Below are positions 1 to 18,440 of a DNA stretch of 64,000 nt, piece by piece. How positions within the stretch are numbered: the first letter of the stretch is position 1; each line of letters opens with the position of its first letter. The notes below the pieces were generated by a model. That model was not told where the DNA came from. It searched no databases and was given only the letters and a program-made list of their open reading frames with translations. The DNA comes from Escherichia coli. Lineage in GTDB: Bacteria; Pseudomonadota; Gammaproteobacteria; Enterobacterales; Enterobacteriaceae. The stretch is taken from the NCBI RefSeq assembly GCF_029227855.1, contig NZ_CP074356.1. One strand, 5' to 3'. The translations under genes and the position numbers were made by a program.

Positions 1-272
1 ATGACGCTCTGACCGCTTTTAATCCACGGATTTTCTTTCCCGGCAATGGGTTTCACCAATAGTTGCAGCTGACTGCTGAATACGCCGCGATGATAGTTTT
101 GATAACTCACTTCCAGGTTGGATTCAGGAGCGGTCAGTTTGAGTTGCGCGTTCGCCTGCGCGACCATGTCTTCGAGATGGGTTTCAATCTTCTTGCCTGT
201 ATACCATGCGCCGCCTGTCCAGACTACGCCTAGCGCAACAATGACGCCTACCGCTACCAGCGATTTATTCAT
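1..272 (-). CDS. ydgA: YdgA-like protein, N-terminal ~90 codons only; gene runs off the window start
   Basis: Minus-strand ATG at 270-272; hand translation MNKSLVAVGVIVALGVVWTGGAWYTGKKIETHLEDMVAQ... with signal-anchor-like N-terminus; position next to manA fits E. coli synteny. Absent from ORF track because no stop lies in the window. Confidence 0.7.
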   Translation of the reverse strand, partial: MNKSLVAVGVIVALGVVWTGGAWYTGKKIETHLEDMVAQANAQLKLTAPESNLEVSYQNYHRGVFSSQLQLLVKPIAGKENPWIKSGQSV

Positions 273-372
273 AATGATTATCCATAAAATGAAATCAGGC
301 GGACTGGCCGCCTGAAGGTGTTATAAGCCTTTAATAAGCTTAGCAAGAGATGTTAATTTTTTCAGTAAGCTC

Positions 373-1548
373 TTACAGCTTGTTGTAAACACGCGCTAAA
401 CGGCCGTGGCCTTTGACAGTCACCGGTGATTCGTTGGCGGCAATAAACGCTGATTCACCCGGTTTAAGCTGTAACTGCTGAGAACCTTTCCACAGCGTTG
501 CATCGCCTTCGACGCAGAACAAAATGGCGGCACTCTGCTGGCTGATGGTGGTTTCTTTATCACTAAGGTCATGCAGCGAGAAGGCAAAATCATCCACAGG
601 AATCGGGAAGTCCAGTTCTGCACCTTGTTTCACCGGCTGGGTCAACAACTGGTTAGCCGGTTTGGCTTCGAACTTCACATTGGCAACCAGTTCCGGAATA
701 TCAATGTATTTAGGCGTCAGACCCGCACGCAGCACGTTATCGGAGTTCGCCATCACTTCCAGCGCCACGCCTTGCAGGTAAGCGTGCGGTGTTTCAGCGA
801 ACAGGAACATCGCTTCGCCAGGATTCAATTTCACCACATTCAGCAACAGCGGGGAGAACAGACCGCTGTCATCCGGGTAAAATTCAGAAATTAAACGAAT
901 TGTTTGCCACGGTTCACCCTGCTGGCTGTCAAGGGCCGATTTTAAAATCGCCAGCGCGCGGGATTTTTCTTCACCCTGCATATTCAACAGGCTGGCGAAC
1001 AGTTCGCTTAAACGTTCGGCATCAGGCTGTTGTAAAAAGTGAGCAATCGCCGGATGTGCACCTGCGACCGGCTGGAGCAGGGAGACAATCTCGGAAAACT
1101 CACGAAACGCGTTCATCGCAAGGAAAGGCGTCAGCGCAAAAACCAGCTCCGGCTTGTGGTTAGGATCTTTATAGTTACGCTCGGCGGCATCCAACGGAAT
1201 ACCTGCGGCATTTTCTTTGGCAAAACCGATTTCAGAATTGCGTTTGTTTGGATGAACCTGAATGGAGAGCGGCTGTGCTGCGCATAATACTTTGAACAGG
1301 AAAGGCAGTTCGCCAAAGCGTTTGGCAACGGCCTCTCCGAGCAGAGTCGATTTATCACTCTCAATCACATCACGCAGTGAAACGATATCTCCGGCGGCAT
1401 TCTGCACTCGTGAACTGCTTTTCGGATGTGCGCCCATCCACAGCTCGGCCATCGGCTGGCTGGACGGATTTTCCATACCATAAAGTTCAGTCAACGCCGT
1501 TTTGCTGCCCCAGGCATAGTTTTGCACTGAGTTAATGAGTTTTTGCAT
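373..1548 (-). CDS. manA: mannose-6-phosphate isomerase (391 aa)
   Basis: ORF 373..1626 (-); protein from internal Met MQKLINSVQNYAWGS... recognised as ManA; ATG at 1546-1548. Confidence 0.95.
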   Translation of the reverse strand: MQKLINSVQNYAWGSKTALTELYGMENPSSQPMAELWMGAHPKSSSRVQNAAGDIVSLRDVIESDKSTLLGEAVAKRFGELPFLFKVLCAAQPLSIQVHPNKRNSEIGFAKENAAGIPLDAAERNYKDPNHKPELVFALTPFLAMNAFREFSEIVSLLQPVAGAHPAIAHFLQQPDAERLSELFASLLNMQGEEKSRALAILKSALDSQQGEPWQTIRLISEFYPDDSGLFSPLLLNVVKLNPGEAMFLFAETPHAYLQGVALEVMANSDNVLRAGLTPKYIDIPELVANVKFEAKPANQLLTQPVKQGAELDFPIPVDDFAFSLHDLSDKETTISQQSAAILFCVEGDATLWKGSQQLQLKPGESAFIAANESPVTVKGHGRLARVYNKL

Positions 1549-1746
1549 GATCAATCCCTGTTTTAATGTGGAAATTAATCCCGCTATTAAAGCAAGAATC
1601 CTACGGGAAGTAACCTGGAGCCGCAAAAAGTCGTACTAGTCTCAGTTTTTGTTAAAAAAGTGTGTAGGATATTGTTACTCGCTTTTAACAGGGCAACGGA
1701 ACACCCGCCCAGAGCATAACCAAACCAGGCAGTAAGTGAGAGAACA

Positions 1747-3393
1747 ATGTCAAACAAACCCTTTCATTATCAGGCACCTTTTCCACTCAAAAAAGATGAT
1801 ACTGAGTATTACCTGCTAACCAGCGAACACGTTAGCGTATCTGAATTTGAAGGGCAGGAGATTTTGAAAGTCGCACCCGAAGCGTTAACTTTGTTGGCGC
1901 GTCAGGCGTTTCATGATGCGTCATTTATGCTGCGTCCGGCTCACCAACAACAGGTGGCCGACATTCTGCGTGACCCGGAAGCCAGCGAAAATGATAAATA
2001 TGTGGCGCTGCAATTCCTGCGCAACTCCGACATCGCCGCAAAAGGCGTTCTGCCAACCTGTCAGGATACCGGCACCGCGATTATTGTTGGTAAAAAAGGG
2101 CAGCGTGTATGGACCGGTGGCGGTGATGAAGTGGCGCTGGCACGCGGTGTCTATAACACTTATATCGAAGATAATCTGCGCTACTCGCAAAACGCGCCGC
2201 TGGATATGTATAAAGAGGTGAATACCGGCACCAATCTACCAGCGCAGATCGATCTTTATGCCGTTGATGGCGACGAGTACAAATTCCTCTGTATCGCCAA
2301 AGGTGGCGGTTCGGCAAACAAGACGTATCTCTATCAGGAAACCAAAGCGTTACTGACGCCGGGGAAACTGAAAAATTACCTGGTTGAGAAGATGCGCACG
2401 CTGGGTACGGCGGCCTGTCCTCCGTATCATATTGCGTTCGTTATTGGTGGAACTTCTGCAGAAACGAACCTTAAAACGGTGAAACTGGCTTCCGCTAAAT
2501 ACTATGATGAACTGCCAACGGAAGGGAATGAGCACGGACAGGCGTTCCGCGATGTGGAACTGGAAAAAGAATTGCTGATCGAAGCGCAAAATCTTGGTCT
2601 GGGTGCGCAGTTTGGCGGTAAATACTTCGCTCACGACATCCGCGTGATTCGCCTGCCACGTCACGGCGCATCCTGCCCGGTCGGTATGGGCGTCTCCTGT
2701 TCTGCTGACCGTAATATCAAAGCAAAGATCAACCGTCAGGGGATTTGGATCGAAAAACTGGAACATAATCCAGGCAAATATATCCCGGAAGAGCTGCGCA
2801 AAGCGGGAGAAGGCGAAGCGGTGCGCGTTGACCTTAACCGTCCGATGAAAGAGATCCTCGCACAGTTGTCGCAGTATCCCGTTTCTACACGCTTATCGCT
2901 GAATGGCACGATTATCGTTGGTCGTGATATTGCTCACGCCAAACTGAAAGAGCGGATGGATAACGGCGAAGGGCTGCCGCAGTATATTAAAGATCATCCG
3001 ATTTACTACGCGGGTCCGGCCAAAACGCCGGAAGGTTATGCCTCCGGTTCTCTTGGCCCAACGACCGCCGGACGGATGGATTCTTATGTCGATCAACTGC
3101 AAGCGCAGGGCGGAAGTATGATCATGCTGGCGAAAGGCAACCGCAGCCAGCAGGTGACGGATGCCTGTAAAAAACACGGCGGTTTCTACCTCGGTAGTAT
3201 CGGTGGTCCGGCAGCTGTATTGGCGCAGGGAAGTATTAAGAGCCTGGAATGTGTTGAATATCCGGAACTGGGAATGGAAGCCATCTGGAAAATTGAAGTG
3301 GAAGATTTCCCGGCATTTATCCTTGTGGATGATAAAGGAAATGACTTCTTCCAGCAGATACAACTCACACAGTGCACCCGCTGTGTGAAATAA
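1747..3393 (+). CDS. fumA: class I fumarate hydratase (Fe-S), 548 aa
   Basis: ORF track 548 aa [18 protein letters not shown]...; full-length FumA. Confidence 0.96.
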   Translation: MSNKPFHYQAPFPLKKDDTEYYLLTSEHVSVSEFEGQEILKVAPEALTLLARQAFHDASFMLRPAHQQQVADILRDPEASENDKYVALQFLRNSDIAAKGVLPTCQDTGTAIIVGKKGQRVWTGGGDEVALARGVYNTYIEDNLRYSQNAPLDMYKEVNTGTNLPAQIDLYAVDGDEYKFLCIAKGGGSANKTYLYQETKALLTPGKLKNYLVEKMRTLGTAACPPYHIAFVIGGTSAETNLKTVKLASAKYYDELPTEGNEHGQAFRDVELEKELLIEAQNLGLGAQFGGKYFAHDIRVIRLPRHGASCPVGMGVSCSADRNIKAKINRQGIWIEKLEHNPGKYIPEELRKAGEGEAVRVDLNRPMKEILAQLSQYPVSTRLSLNGTIIVGRDIAHAKLKERMDNGEGLPQYIKDHPIYYAGPAKTPEGYASGSLGPTTAGRMDSYVDQLQAQGGSMIMLAKGNRSQQVTDACKKHGGFYLGSIGGPAAVLAQGSIKSLECVEYPELGMEAIWKIEVEDFPAFILVDDKGNDFFQQIQLTQCTRCVK

Positions 3394-3398
3394 ACAGA

Positions 3399-3422
3399 GC
3401 CGCCCTTCGGGGCGGTTTTTTT
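3399..3422 (+). terminator. Rho-independent terminator after fumA
   Basis: GC hairpin gccgcccttcggggcgg followed by a T-run immediately after the fumA stop. Confidence 0.6.
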
Positions 3423-3535
3423 ACATGGCACGAAAGACCAAACATTTGTTATCAAATAGTAAATAATAAGTGAGCTAAAAGTTGCTTAACGAAAGCAAAA
3501 CAGAAAGAAAAAATTAATCAGGTGAGGAGCAGGCC

Positions 3536-7243
<3,708 letters not shown>

Positions 7244-7246
7244 CGC

Positions 7247-7966
7247 TTATTCCCATGCATGAGGCGCAAAAAGATAGCCTTTGTTACGCACAGTTTTAAT
7301 GCGATAAGGTTCTGCGGCGTTATCGAGCAGTTTTTTTCTTAACCGCGAAATAGCCACGTCCACGCTACGATCCAGTCCGTCATAACTGACGCCACGTAAA
7401 TTTTTCAGCAATGCATCGCGGTCCATGATTTGCCCAGCATGGGTAGCTAATTCCCACAATAATTCGAAATCAGCTGTCGAGAGCGAGATTTCAGTGTTAG
7501 CCAGGGTGACTACGCGGTTGATAGGATCGATGGTCAACGTGCCGAAATGCAGGGCTTTGTAGGGAGTCAGAGACGTTTCCTGAAGACCTTTGGTCAGCGT
7601 GGCTTGCTCATTCTGACGCAAATGCAAACGTAAACGCGCTAACAAAACAGCAGGGGGCGTCGTTTTGAGAATATAGTCGCAGGCACCCATTTCCAGTGCC
7701 AGGATGTGGTTCATATCGCTATCGAGAGAGGTTAGAAGAACAATCGGTCCGGACCACTTTGCGCGTAAATCACGACAAATGGTCATGCCGTCCTTGCCTG
7801 GTAGCATGATGTCGAGTAACACCAAATCCGGATTTTCTCGCAAAATAGTTTCTTCGGCCCGGTCGCCGCGCGGTTCCACGGTAACCTGCATATCATGTTT
7901 TGCCAGGTACGCAGCAATCAGTGAACCGACTTCCGCATCATCTTCCACAAATACGATAGTGTTCAT
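7247..7966 (-). CDS. rstA: OmpR-family response regulator RstA (239 aa)
   Basis: ORF 7247..8026 (-); start taken at internal ATG 7964-7966 (MNTIVFVEDD...); receiver domain plus winged-helix C-terminus. Confidence 0.92.
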   Translation of the reverse strand: MNTIVFVEDDAEVGSLIAAYLAKHDMQVTVEPRGDRAEETILRENPDLVLLDIMLPGKDGMTICRDLRAKWSGPIVLLTSLDSDMNHILALEMGACDYILKTTPPAVLLARLRLHLRQNEQATLTKGLQETSLTPYKALHFGTLTIDPINRVVTLANTEISLSTADFELLWELATHAGQIMDRDALLKNLRGVSYDGLDRSVDVAISRLRKKLLDNAAEPYRIKTVRNKGYLFAPHAWE

Positions 7967-8094
7967 AACATTCACGGTAGATATAAAAACGTCACAATAC
8001 ACCGCGCTGTTTTTACTTACTATCAATCGTTTCTAAACAAGGTTTCATCAGGTATTCTACTGATGACTTGTTATGGAAGTGTTAAGGTAAAAAG

Positions 8095-8430
8095 ATGGGG
8101 CTGGTAATCAAAGCCGCGCTCGGTGCGCTGGTAGTGCTGTTGATTGGTGTTTTAGCAAAAACGAAAAATTATTATATCGCCGGGCTGATTCCACTTTTCC
8201 CGACCTTTGCGCTTATCGCGCATTATATTGTTGCCAGCGAACGCGGCATTGAAGCCTTACGCGCAACTATCATTTTTAGCATGTGGTCGATTATTCCCTA
8301 TTTTGTTTACCTGGCGTCGCTATGGTATTTCACCGGAATGATGCGCTTGCCCGCCGCTTTTGTTGGTTCTGTTGCATGCTGGGGGATAAGCGCATGGGTG
8401 TTGATTATATGCTGGATTAAGCTGCATTAA
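8095..8430 (+). CDS. ydgC: GlpM-family small membrane protein (111 aa)
   Basis: ORF track 111 aa, hydrophobic; synteny between rstA and folM. Confidence 0.88.
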   Translation: MGLVIKAALGALVVLLIGVLAKTKNYYIAGLIPLFPTFALIAHYIVASERGIEALRATIIFSMWSIIPYFVYLASLWYFTGMMRLPAAFVGSVACWGISAWVLIICWIKLH

Positions 8431-9149
8431 CGCAGATGACGACCGCCATCAAGAGGGAAACTGCGTCCGGTGACAAAGCAGCTGGTAAGTAAGTAATCGA
8501 CCAGGTCGATCACTTCTTTCTCGCCAGGCGCAGTTTTCATCAGTGATTTATTCAGCGCCTGTTGTCGATATTCGGCATCATCATGTTCATTAAACAGGAT
8601 CAGCGATGGCGCAATAGAATTCACTTTCACTTCCGGTGCCAGCTTGCGGGCAAACGAGCGAGTCATATTATCCAGTGCCGCTTTGCTTGCAGCATAGGCA
8701 ATATGTTTGTCGCTACCGCGCTCCACCACATAATCGGTAAAGTGAATGATATCGCTGGCGGCGTGTCCGTGCCCACGCAGTAATCTTTCCAGTGCATGGT
8801 TGAGTAGGTATGGGGTATTAACGTGGATCTGCATCATGCAAGCCAGTACGTCGGTCAGTGGTGTACTTGGTTTTTCTGCCATCCACGCGCTGGCGTTATG
8901 CAAAATAGCACGCAGGCCATGGGTGCTTTTTAGTACTTCATCGGCAAACGCCATCACACCGTCGTTGGTCGAAAAATCAGCCTGAATACACTGCGCTCCT
9001 GCGTTAATCAGTCCATCAATGGCTGGATAGTGCGTCCGATAGCTGATAATCACCGGTTGCTTTTGATTAATGAAATGCCATGCGAGGGCGAGGCCGATGC
9101 GACGACCACCGCCAGTAATTAATATTGGCAAGGGCTGGGCTTTACCCAT
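8427..9149 (-). CDS. folM: dihydromonapterin/dihydrofolate reductase, SDR family (240 aa)
   Basis: ORF track 240 aa; Rossmann motif ITGGGRRIG; catalytic YAASKAAL. Confidence 0.93.
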   Translation of the reverse strand: MGKAQPLPILITGGGRRIGLALAWHFINQKQPVIISYRTHYPAIDGLINAGAQCIQADFSTNDGVMAFADEVLKSTHGLRAILHNASAWMAEKPSTPLTDVLACMMQIHVNTPYLLNHALERLLRGHGHAASDIIHFTDYVVERGSDKHIAYAASKAALDNMTRSFARKLAPEVKVNSIAPSLILFNEHDDAEYRQQALNKSLMKTAPGEKEVIDLVDYLLTSCFVTGRSFPLDGGRHLR

Positions 9150-9185
9150 CGTTATCTCCTTTGCTATCCAACGATGGGATGAACG

Positions 9186-10568
9186 TTATCCCACCAGCAT
9201 CCAGGTCGCCGGAACTGAGGCAATTAACAGCATGCCAATCAGCACCATTTCCTGACGATTCAGTACATTATCATGGGTATGCGTTTTACGCGCGTACAGG
9301 AAAACCAGCAGCCCCGGTGCATACAGAACAACGGATAACAGCAAGTGCATTGGACCAGAGGCGTACAATAACCATAAGCCATAAATGCAGGCACCGACAC
9401 CTACCGCTTTATGCAGTGGACGGGTTGCGATTTTCAGCAAGAACGCGCCGACCAGGAAATAGGGCACCAGAATCATTTCTGAGGCGATGGTCAGCAACGT
9501 GTTGTAATCGGAACCGGTCAGCCAGATGAGTACCAGACAAATTTGCACGCAGATGTTGGTCAACCACAGTGAGGCGGATGGCGCAGCTTGTGCGTTCTGG
9601 CGCGCAAAAATGCGCGGGAATGCTTTATGAGTGGCGGCCAGGAACGGAACTTCTGCCGCCATGATGGTCCAGCTTAAGTACGCGCCGCAAACGGAAACGA
9701 TCAAACCGGCAGCGATGATGATTTCGCCCCATGGTCCCATCATTTCCACCATCAGACCGGCCATTGACGGGTTACGAATTTCAGCCAGTTCAGGACGTGC
9801 CACCACGCCCAGCGAAAGCAGCGTTACCAGCAAGTAAACGCCCAGAGCGGAGAGAACCGCCAGCAGTGTCGCTTTGCCAACATCACGTTTATTACGCGCA
9901 CGCGCAGAAACAACCACGGCACCTTCCACACCAATGAAAACCCACAGGGTGATCAGCATGGTGTTTTTCACCTGTTCCCAAACGGGTACGCCAAGTGCAA
10001 GTCCGGTGAAGTCGAGCTTGAAGGTATCCAGTTTGAACATCATCATCGCCAACACAACAAACAGACCCAGCGGCAACAGTTTTGCCAGTGTTGCCACCAG
10101 GTTAATGCTGGCAGCGGTTTGCACCCCGCGCAGGATCAAAAAGTGAACAATCCACAATAAAGCCGATGCACCGACGATCGATTGCCAGGTATTACCATCG
10201 CCAAACAGGCGCAATTCCGGCGTGTCCGTAAAAAAGCTTAACGCGGAAAAAACGATCACCAGATAGGAGACGTTGGCGATGACCGCGCACAGCCAGTATC
10301 CCCATGCGGAACAAAAGCCGATTAGCTCGCCAAACCCTTCGCGGGCATAGGTAAAGATACCGCCGTCAAGTTCGGGACGAATGCGCGTGAGGATCAGCAT
10401 GGCAAAGGCCAGCAATAAAATGCCTGCGCCAGTAATACCCCAGCCGATGAGCAGTGCTGCCGGGCTGGCAACTGCCGCCATATTTTGCGGCAGACTGAAA
10501 ACACCCGCGCCCAGCATTGAGCTTAATACCAGCGCGGTGAGTGCGCTCAGTCCCAGTTTCTTTTCCAT
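9186..10568 (-). CDS. ydgI: APC-family amino acid transporter (putative arginine:ornithine antiporter), 460 aa
   Basis: ORF track 460 aa, about 12 hydrophobic helices; synteny. Confidence 0.92.
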   Translation of the reverse strand: MEKKLGLSALTALVLSSMLGAGVFSLPQNMAAVASPAALLIGWGITGAGILLLAFAMLILTRIRPELDGGIFTYAREGFGELIGFCSAWGYWLCAVIANVSYLVIVFSALSFFTDTPELRLFGDGNTWQSIVGASALLWIVHFLILRGVQTAASINLVATLAKLLPLGLFVVLAMMMFKLDTFKLDFTGLALGVPVWEQVKNTMLITLWVFIGVEGAVVVSARARNKRDVGKATLLAVLSALGVYLLVTLLSLGVVARPELAEIRNPSMAGLMVEMMGPWGEIIIAAGLIVSVCGAYLSWTIMAAEVPFLAATHKAFPRIFARQNAQAAPSASLWLTNICVQICLVLIWLTGSDYNTLLTIASEMILVPYFLVGAFLLKIATRPLHKAVGVGACIYGLWLLYASGPMHLLLSVVLYAPGLLVFLYARKTHTHDNVLNRQEMVLIGMLLIASVPATWMLVG

Positions 10569-10714
10569 CGATATCCAGTGATTAAAACGTGATAAGAAGA
10601 ATAAATATTAGGGCAAAACGCATAAAAATGGAGTTTGCCACTGAAGCGCGGGATTTTACGAAGAGATGTGTCTGCATGCAATGGTCGCGGGGAAATTTGT
10701 GACTAAAAATGCGA

Positions 10715-10735
10715 AAGGCGGCATCAAGCCGCCTT
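10715..10735 (-). terminator. putative Rho-independent terminator downstream of ydgH
   Basis: Perfect 8-bp inverted repeat aaggcggc-atcaa-gccgcctt; on the minus strand it is followed by a T-rich tract. Confidence 0.5.
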
Positions 10736-10753
10736 ATAGGAGTAACTGAATAG

Positions 10754-11698
10754 TTATTTATACAGATCTGCGCTGACGGTCAGGTTATTACCACGTTCCT
10801 GCCACTGGCGGGTGATGTGGTAATACTTAGCACCTTTCTTCGCGGCACGTTTCGCAACCTGATAGGAGACTTCGGTCATGTTGCCGTAGTTGCCAGAGAA
10901 TTTGATGCTGTCGAACGGGACCATCATCGCTGCGGTCGCTTTGTTCAGTTCTTCGACTTTAGTGCCATCCGGGAGCGTGACGGTGTAACGCCCGCCTTTT
11001 GATGACTGGGTTTCAAAGAAGCGACCGACTTCAGAACTTGGTGATGCGGTAGTCGCAACACCCGGGATCTCAACTTTCTTCGCGGCTTCGCCACCGGCAG
11101 CCAGAGCTGCACGTCCTGCTTCGGAATCTGCCGGGATCACATCCGGGCTCTGGACGATACGTTTCTTAGCATCTTTTTTATAGATGAATGCAGTAATACG
11201 CTGGTTGCCGCCCTGGTTGGAATCGATTTGACGAACGATGTAGAAAGAGTAGGCACCTTTCGCTTTTGCCGCTTTGGTGATGGCATCATTGACTTCTGGC
11301 TGGCTACGATAAAAGCCCTGGACGGTGACCGTGTCAAACGGTTCAATCAGAACGGCCTGATCTTTCGGCAGTTCGACAACTCCGTTAATTACGCGATTAC
11401 TTGTTTCTTCTGCTTTTTCAGCATCGGCTTTATAGAGGTCAGCGACCACACGCCAGTTACCGCTGTTACCAAAATCAGAAGTGTCGACAACATAAAAAGA
11501 GGCGGCACCTTCTTTATCTGCGCGACGAGAAACGGCTTTCACCGCTTCGCCAATAGCATTAAAACGACCGGTAACCACTACACGGTCAAAAGGTTTAACC
11601 GCTGCCGCTTGCTCCGGTGTCAGTTCTGTTGCTGCGTTAACGGAGAATGCCGTAGCAGAAAGCAGTGCCGACGCCAGGAGGGTGTTCTTAAGCTTCAT
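10754..11698 (-). CDS. ydgH: periplasmic DUF1471-repeat protein YdgH (314 aa)
   Basis: ORF track 314 aa with signal peptide; three internally repeated ~90-aa modules (..PFD.V.V.G.....E...A...A.A.GA.YY.I...). Confidence 0.92.
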   Translation of the reverse strand: MKLKNTLLASALLSATAFSVNAATELTPEQAAAVKPFDRVVVTGRFNAIGEAVKAVSRRADKEGAASFYVVDTSDFGNSGNWRVVADLYKADAEKAEETSNRVINGVVELPKDQAVLIEPFDTVTVQGFYRSQPEVNDAITKAAKAKGAYSFYIVRQIDSNQGGNQRITAFIYKKDAKKRIVQSPDVIPADSEAGRAALAAGGEAAKKVEIPGVATTASPSSEVGRFFETQSSKGGRYTVTLPDGTKVEELNKATAAMMVPFDSIKFSGNYGNMTEVSYQVAKRAAKKGAKYYHITRQWQERGNNLTVSADLYK

Positions 11699-12158
11699 AA
11701 AAATAATCCTTCGCCTTGCGCAAACCAGGTACTGGTATTGTTATTAACGAGAAACGTGGCTGATTATTGCATTTAAACGGTGTAACTGTCTGCGTCATTT
11801 TTCATATCACATTCCTTAAGCCAATTTTAATCCTGCTCAAATGACCGTCTATGCTTAAAAAACAGCCGTATCAGCATCAATACTACTGAAGCAACTGAAT
11901 TGTATAAGTTAATTTAATGTTAAGTAGTGATTCGTATCGGGGCGATGTCTCGTTTTACCTGACCGTCGAAGACAATTATCAGTCTTTATCCGGCGTTCTA
12001 AGGTGTTTATCCCACTATCACGGCTGAATCGTTAATATTTTGCGAGTTCACGCCGAAATACTGATTTTTGGCGCTAGATCACAGGCATAATTTTCAGTAC
12101 GTTATAGGGCGTTTGTTACTAATTTATTTTAACGGAGTAACATTTAGCTCGTACATGA

Positions 12159-13754
<1,596 letters not shown>

Positions 13755-13761
13755 GGGGTAA

Positions 13762-15153
<1,392 letters not shown>

Positions 15154-15157
15154 CCCT

Positions 15158-15179
15158 GACGGCCTCTGCGGAGGCCGTC
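15158..15179. terminator. bidirectional hairpin between convergent pntB and tqsA
   Basis: Inverted repeat gacggcctc-tgcg-gaggccgtc directly after the pntB stop. Confidence 0.5.
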
Positions 15180-16212
15180 ACTCTTTATTGAGATCGCTTA
15201 ACAGAACGGCGATGCTTTGACCTCCCGCTGTTTGTTCAAGCGCAATTTTGACAATAATTGTCAACGGCACGGAAAGCAGCATACCCACCGGTCCTAACAA
15301 CCATCCCCAAAAAATCAACGACAAAAATACCACCAATGTGGAAAGCCCCAGCCCACGCCCCATGATGCGTGGCTCCAGAATATTGCCGAAGACCAGATTA
15401 ATCAGCAGATATCCCGCCAGCACCAGCAACGCTTCGTAGAAGCCATTAAACACCAGTACCTGAGCAATAGGGGGGATTGCCGCGAGAACTGAACCAATAT
15501 TCGGGATGTAATTAAGCGCAAAGGCCAGCAATCCCCAGACAAAAGCGAAGCGAACATCGAGTGCGGCGAGCATCGCCCAGGCGACCAGGCCGGTGATGAT
15601 GCTGATGGCTGTTTTCAGCACCAGATAATGAGACACACTGTCAATCGCACGCTGAATCGCCGCCATCCCTTCAACCGGACGCGCCATCATTTGCTGAAAT
15701 TTTCCGGGCAATTGTGGCACTTCGAGCAGCATAAACAGCACCGTCAGCAGCAATAAAAATATTGATGACATGGCATTAGATAACTGCGTCAATAAGTTGG
15801 TGAGCAACGTCATCGCCGCGTTCGGATCAATGTAATGCGCCAGTTGGTCAACTGAGACGTCAATCCCTACGCGTTGCAACAACGGTTCAAGCGCTTGCAG
15901 CGGCGTCATAATAGAGTTGCGATATTGCGGTAACGTCCGCGTCAACTCGTTGAGTGCGGAACCCAGATAAGCTAACAGCAACACCATCGCCATCACGATG
16001 ATGGTCATCAAAATCGACACCGCCAGTACACGCGGCACTCGCCAGCGGACCATGTGTTGCACCAGCGGGTTAAGAATAACAGCAATAAATAATGCGAGAA
16101 TAAACGGCACGATGATCTCGGCGGCAAAACGGATACCGCAGAGAATAATGACCAGCATTCCCAACATAATGACGATTTTTAGGCCATTGAGCGTGATGAT
16201 CGGCTTTGCCAT
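15178..16212 (-). CDS. tqsA: AI-2 exporter family permease TqsA (344 aa)
   Basis: ORF track 344 aa; polytopic membrane protein; synteny. Confidence 0.92.
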
Positions 16213-16623
16213 GCTTGTCCCCGTTTTTTCTTCCTTTGCTAATAATAATGTCTTTTTCGCTCCGTCATCATAACGAAAATCAAACTGCTCAGGTAAAGAA
16301 GTGAAAATATTTTGAGTTAATTCTTAAGCTATGATACAAATCAGGCGTGTTCAACTACCGAGGACAATTATCATCCGCGATGACGAGAAGCAACACTGCG
16401 GATAATTGTAATATTATGGACAATTTGTTCAGGACGTTATTTTCTACATTTACCCATCTTCGTACCTCATCCACTATCTTGCTCGTAGGTGAGCAGCACT
16501 GGCGCAACGCGCTTTAGTCCTTTCTTCTGCCTAAGCTTGCGCTATGCGCGGGGCTTGACCACTTTACTTTGGTTTCGCTGAAATAAGCGAAAATTAAAAT
16601 AATTCTCTTGCAGGAGAAGGACA

Positions 16624-16989
16624 ATGTATATTTATTGGATTTTATTAGGCCTGGCTATTGCTACGGAAATTACCGGTACGCTGTCAATGAAATGGGCGAG
16701 CATCAGTGAGGGAAATGGCGGCTTTATTTTAATGCTGGTGATGATTTCTCTGTCGTATATATTTCTCTCTTTCGCCGTTAAAAAAATCGCCTTAGGCGTG
16801 GCTTATGCGCTGTGGGAAGGTATCGGTATTTTATTTATTACCTTGTTTAGCGTTTTGTTATTCGACGAAAGTTTATCGCTGATGAAAAGTGCCGGGTTAA
16901 CCACCCTGGTGGCCGGGATTGTATTGATCAAATCAGGTACCCGTAAAGCGCGTAAACCTGAACTGGAGGTGAACCATGGCGCAGTTTGA
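16624..16989 (+). CDS. mdtJ: SMR-family spermidine export protein MdtJ (121 aa)
   Basis: ORF track 121 aa; four-helix SMR architecture; overlaps the mdtI start. Confidence 0.92.
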
Positions 16990-17305
16990 ATGGGTTCACG
17001 CCGCCTGGCTGGCATTGGCAATCGTGCTGGAAATCGTTGCTAACGTTTTTTTGAAATTTTCTGACGGCTTTCGTCGCAAAATATTTGGCTTGCTCTCCCT
17101 GGCGGCGGTGCTGGCTGCCTTTAGTGCGCTTTCTCAGGCCGTTAAAGGGATCGACTTGTCTGTCGCTTATGCATTGTGGGGCGGGTTTGGTATTGCCGCC
17201 ACGTTAGCCGCAGGTTGGATCTTGTTTGGTCAACGGTTAAATCGTAAAGGCTGGATTGGCCTGGTCTTGCTGTTGGCTGGAATGATCATGGTGAAACTTG
17301 CCTGA
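16976..17305 (+). CDS. mdtI: SMR-family spermidine export protein MdtI (109 aa)
   Basis: ORF track 109 aa; paralogous to MdtJ; translationally coupled. Confidence 0.92.
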
Positions 17306-17315
17306 TGAACACGCT

Positions 17316-17345
17316 GCCCGCACTGTCGGGCAGCGTTTGAACATT
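17316..17345. terminator. putative hairpin terminator between mdtI and ydgD
   Basis: ctgcccg-cactgt-cgggcag hairpin followed by a T-rich tract. Confidence 0.45.
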
Positions 17346-18165
17346 ATTTTTGCGACAGTTGATCCAGCTTGTCGCGAAAACCGGTAACAGAAATGGCCCG
17401 GTTATCGGCGCGCCAGCGATCTTTCGCGGCAGGAGCCGAACTTTGCACCCCAATTAATTGCCAGCCGTCATTGGTATGCAACATCAGAGGCGAACCGCTG
17501 TCACCCGGCAAGGTATCGCACTGATGTGACATCACCGACGTTTGCGCCCAGCCAGTCACTTCACAGTTTTGATGACTGTACAACGTATCGAGATGATCTT
17601 CAGGGTATCCTGCCTGAGTCACTTTACGGCCAGCCGATTTTAATGCGGCGGTAAGCGCGGCTTTATCTCCCTTAAATAACGGCAACGGTGTAATGCCAGA
17701 AGGGGGATTACGTAGCACAATCAAACCGAAGTCCCACGGCGCAGCTGCGGGAGGAACAATCCAACCATCCCCATCTGCTTTTAACCGCTTTCCCAGTGTC
17801 GGATCAACGCGGCCTTCTATGTCGTGGATCTCATAGCGCCAAAGACCTTTATTTGACACGAAACGCAGCGCTACCGCTTTATCGGCTTTACCCTTTGGCG
17901 GCGTCAATAAACAGTGTCCTGCCGTTAATGCCAGATTGGGTGCAATCAGCGTCGCCGTACATAAATTGCCGCTGGCCGTTTCCAGTTGGCCAACCGCATC
18001 CCACGGTGATTGGGTCGTGTCATTCACTGGCACACGATCATCATGACCAAAAAACAGGGTGCTGACCTCATCGTTTGCCGATTTGGCAACGTCTGGTTTA
18101 TCTGCAAACACAAAAGCAGACGTCAAACTAATTGCACCCAACACTACAGCAATGGTTGTACGCAT
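17344..18165 (-). CDS. ydgD: secreted trypsin-like serine peptidase (273 aa)
   Basis: ORF track 273 aa; signal peptide; catalytic motifs TAGHC and GDSGSP. Confidence 0.9.
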   Translation of the reverse strand: MRTTIAVVLGAISLTSAFVFADKPDVAKSANDEVSTLFFGHDDRVPVNDTTQSPWDAVGQLETASGNLCTATLIAPNLALTAGHCLLTPPKGKADKAVALRFVSNKGLWRYEIHDIEGRVDPTLGKRLKADGDGWIVPPAAAPWDFGLIVLRNPPSGITPLPLFKGDKAALTAALKSAGRKVTQAGYPEDHLDTLYSHQNCEVTGWAQTSVMSHQCDTLPGDSGSPLMLHTNDGWQLIGVQSSAPAAKDRWRADNRAISVTGFRDKLDQLSQK

Positions 18166-18264
18166 ATCACACTCTGGTGGGTAATTATGATTATTAAAAG
18201 CAAACCCTCATAAATACTATAGACGGGACGGGATGAAAGTGGGAGTAAAATCAGATAACTACGA

Positions 18265-18348
18265 TCAGGAAAGATAAAAACGGGCGGCAATCAGTGCGCA
18301 TAAAATAAGGATGATAAGAATGAACTCAAAGCGATAACGGCCCACCAT
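18265..18348 (-). CDS. ydgU: small membrane protein YdgU (27 aa)
   Basis: Hand-translated minus-strand ORF MVGRYRFEFILIILILCALIAARFYLS; too short for the ORF track. Confidence 0.6.
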   Translation of the reverse strand: MVGRYRFEFILIILILCALIAARFYLS

Positions 18349-18440
18349 ACTACCCTCCGCTAAAGGCGGTGCTAAACGTTATCCGCTTAGCACCGTAATT
18401 TTCAGGCGCGAGGGGGCGCGCCAGCATTACTATTGATAAC

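Noticed and set aside
118-315. 65-aa plus-strand ORF at the window start
   Set aside because: Lies antisense within the ydgA 5' coding region and intergenic DNA; no SD; composition not protein-like.
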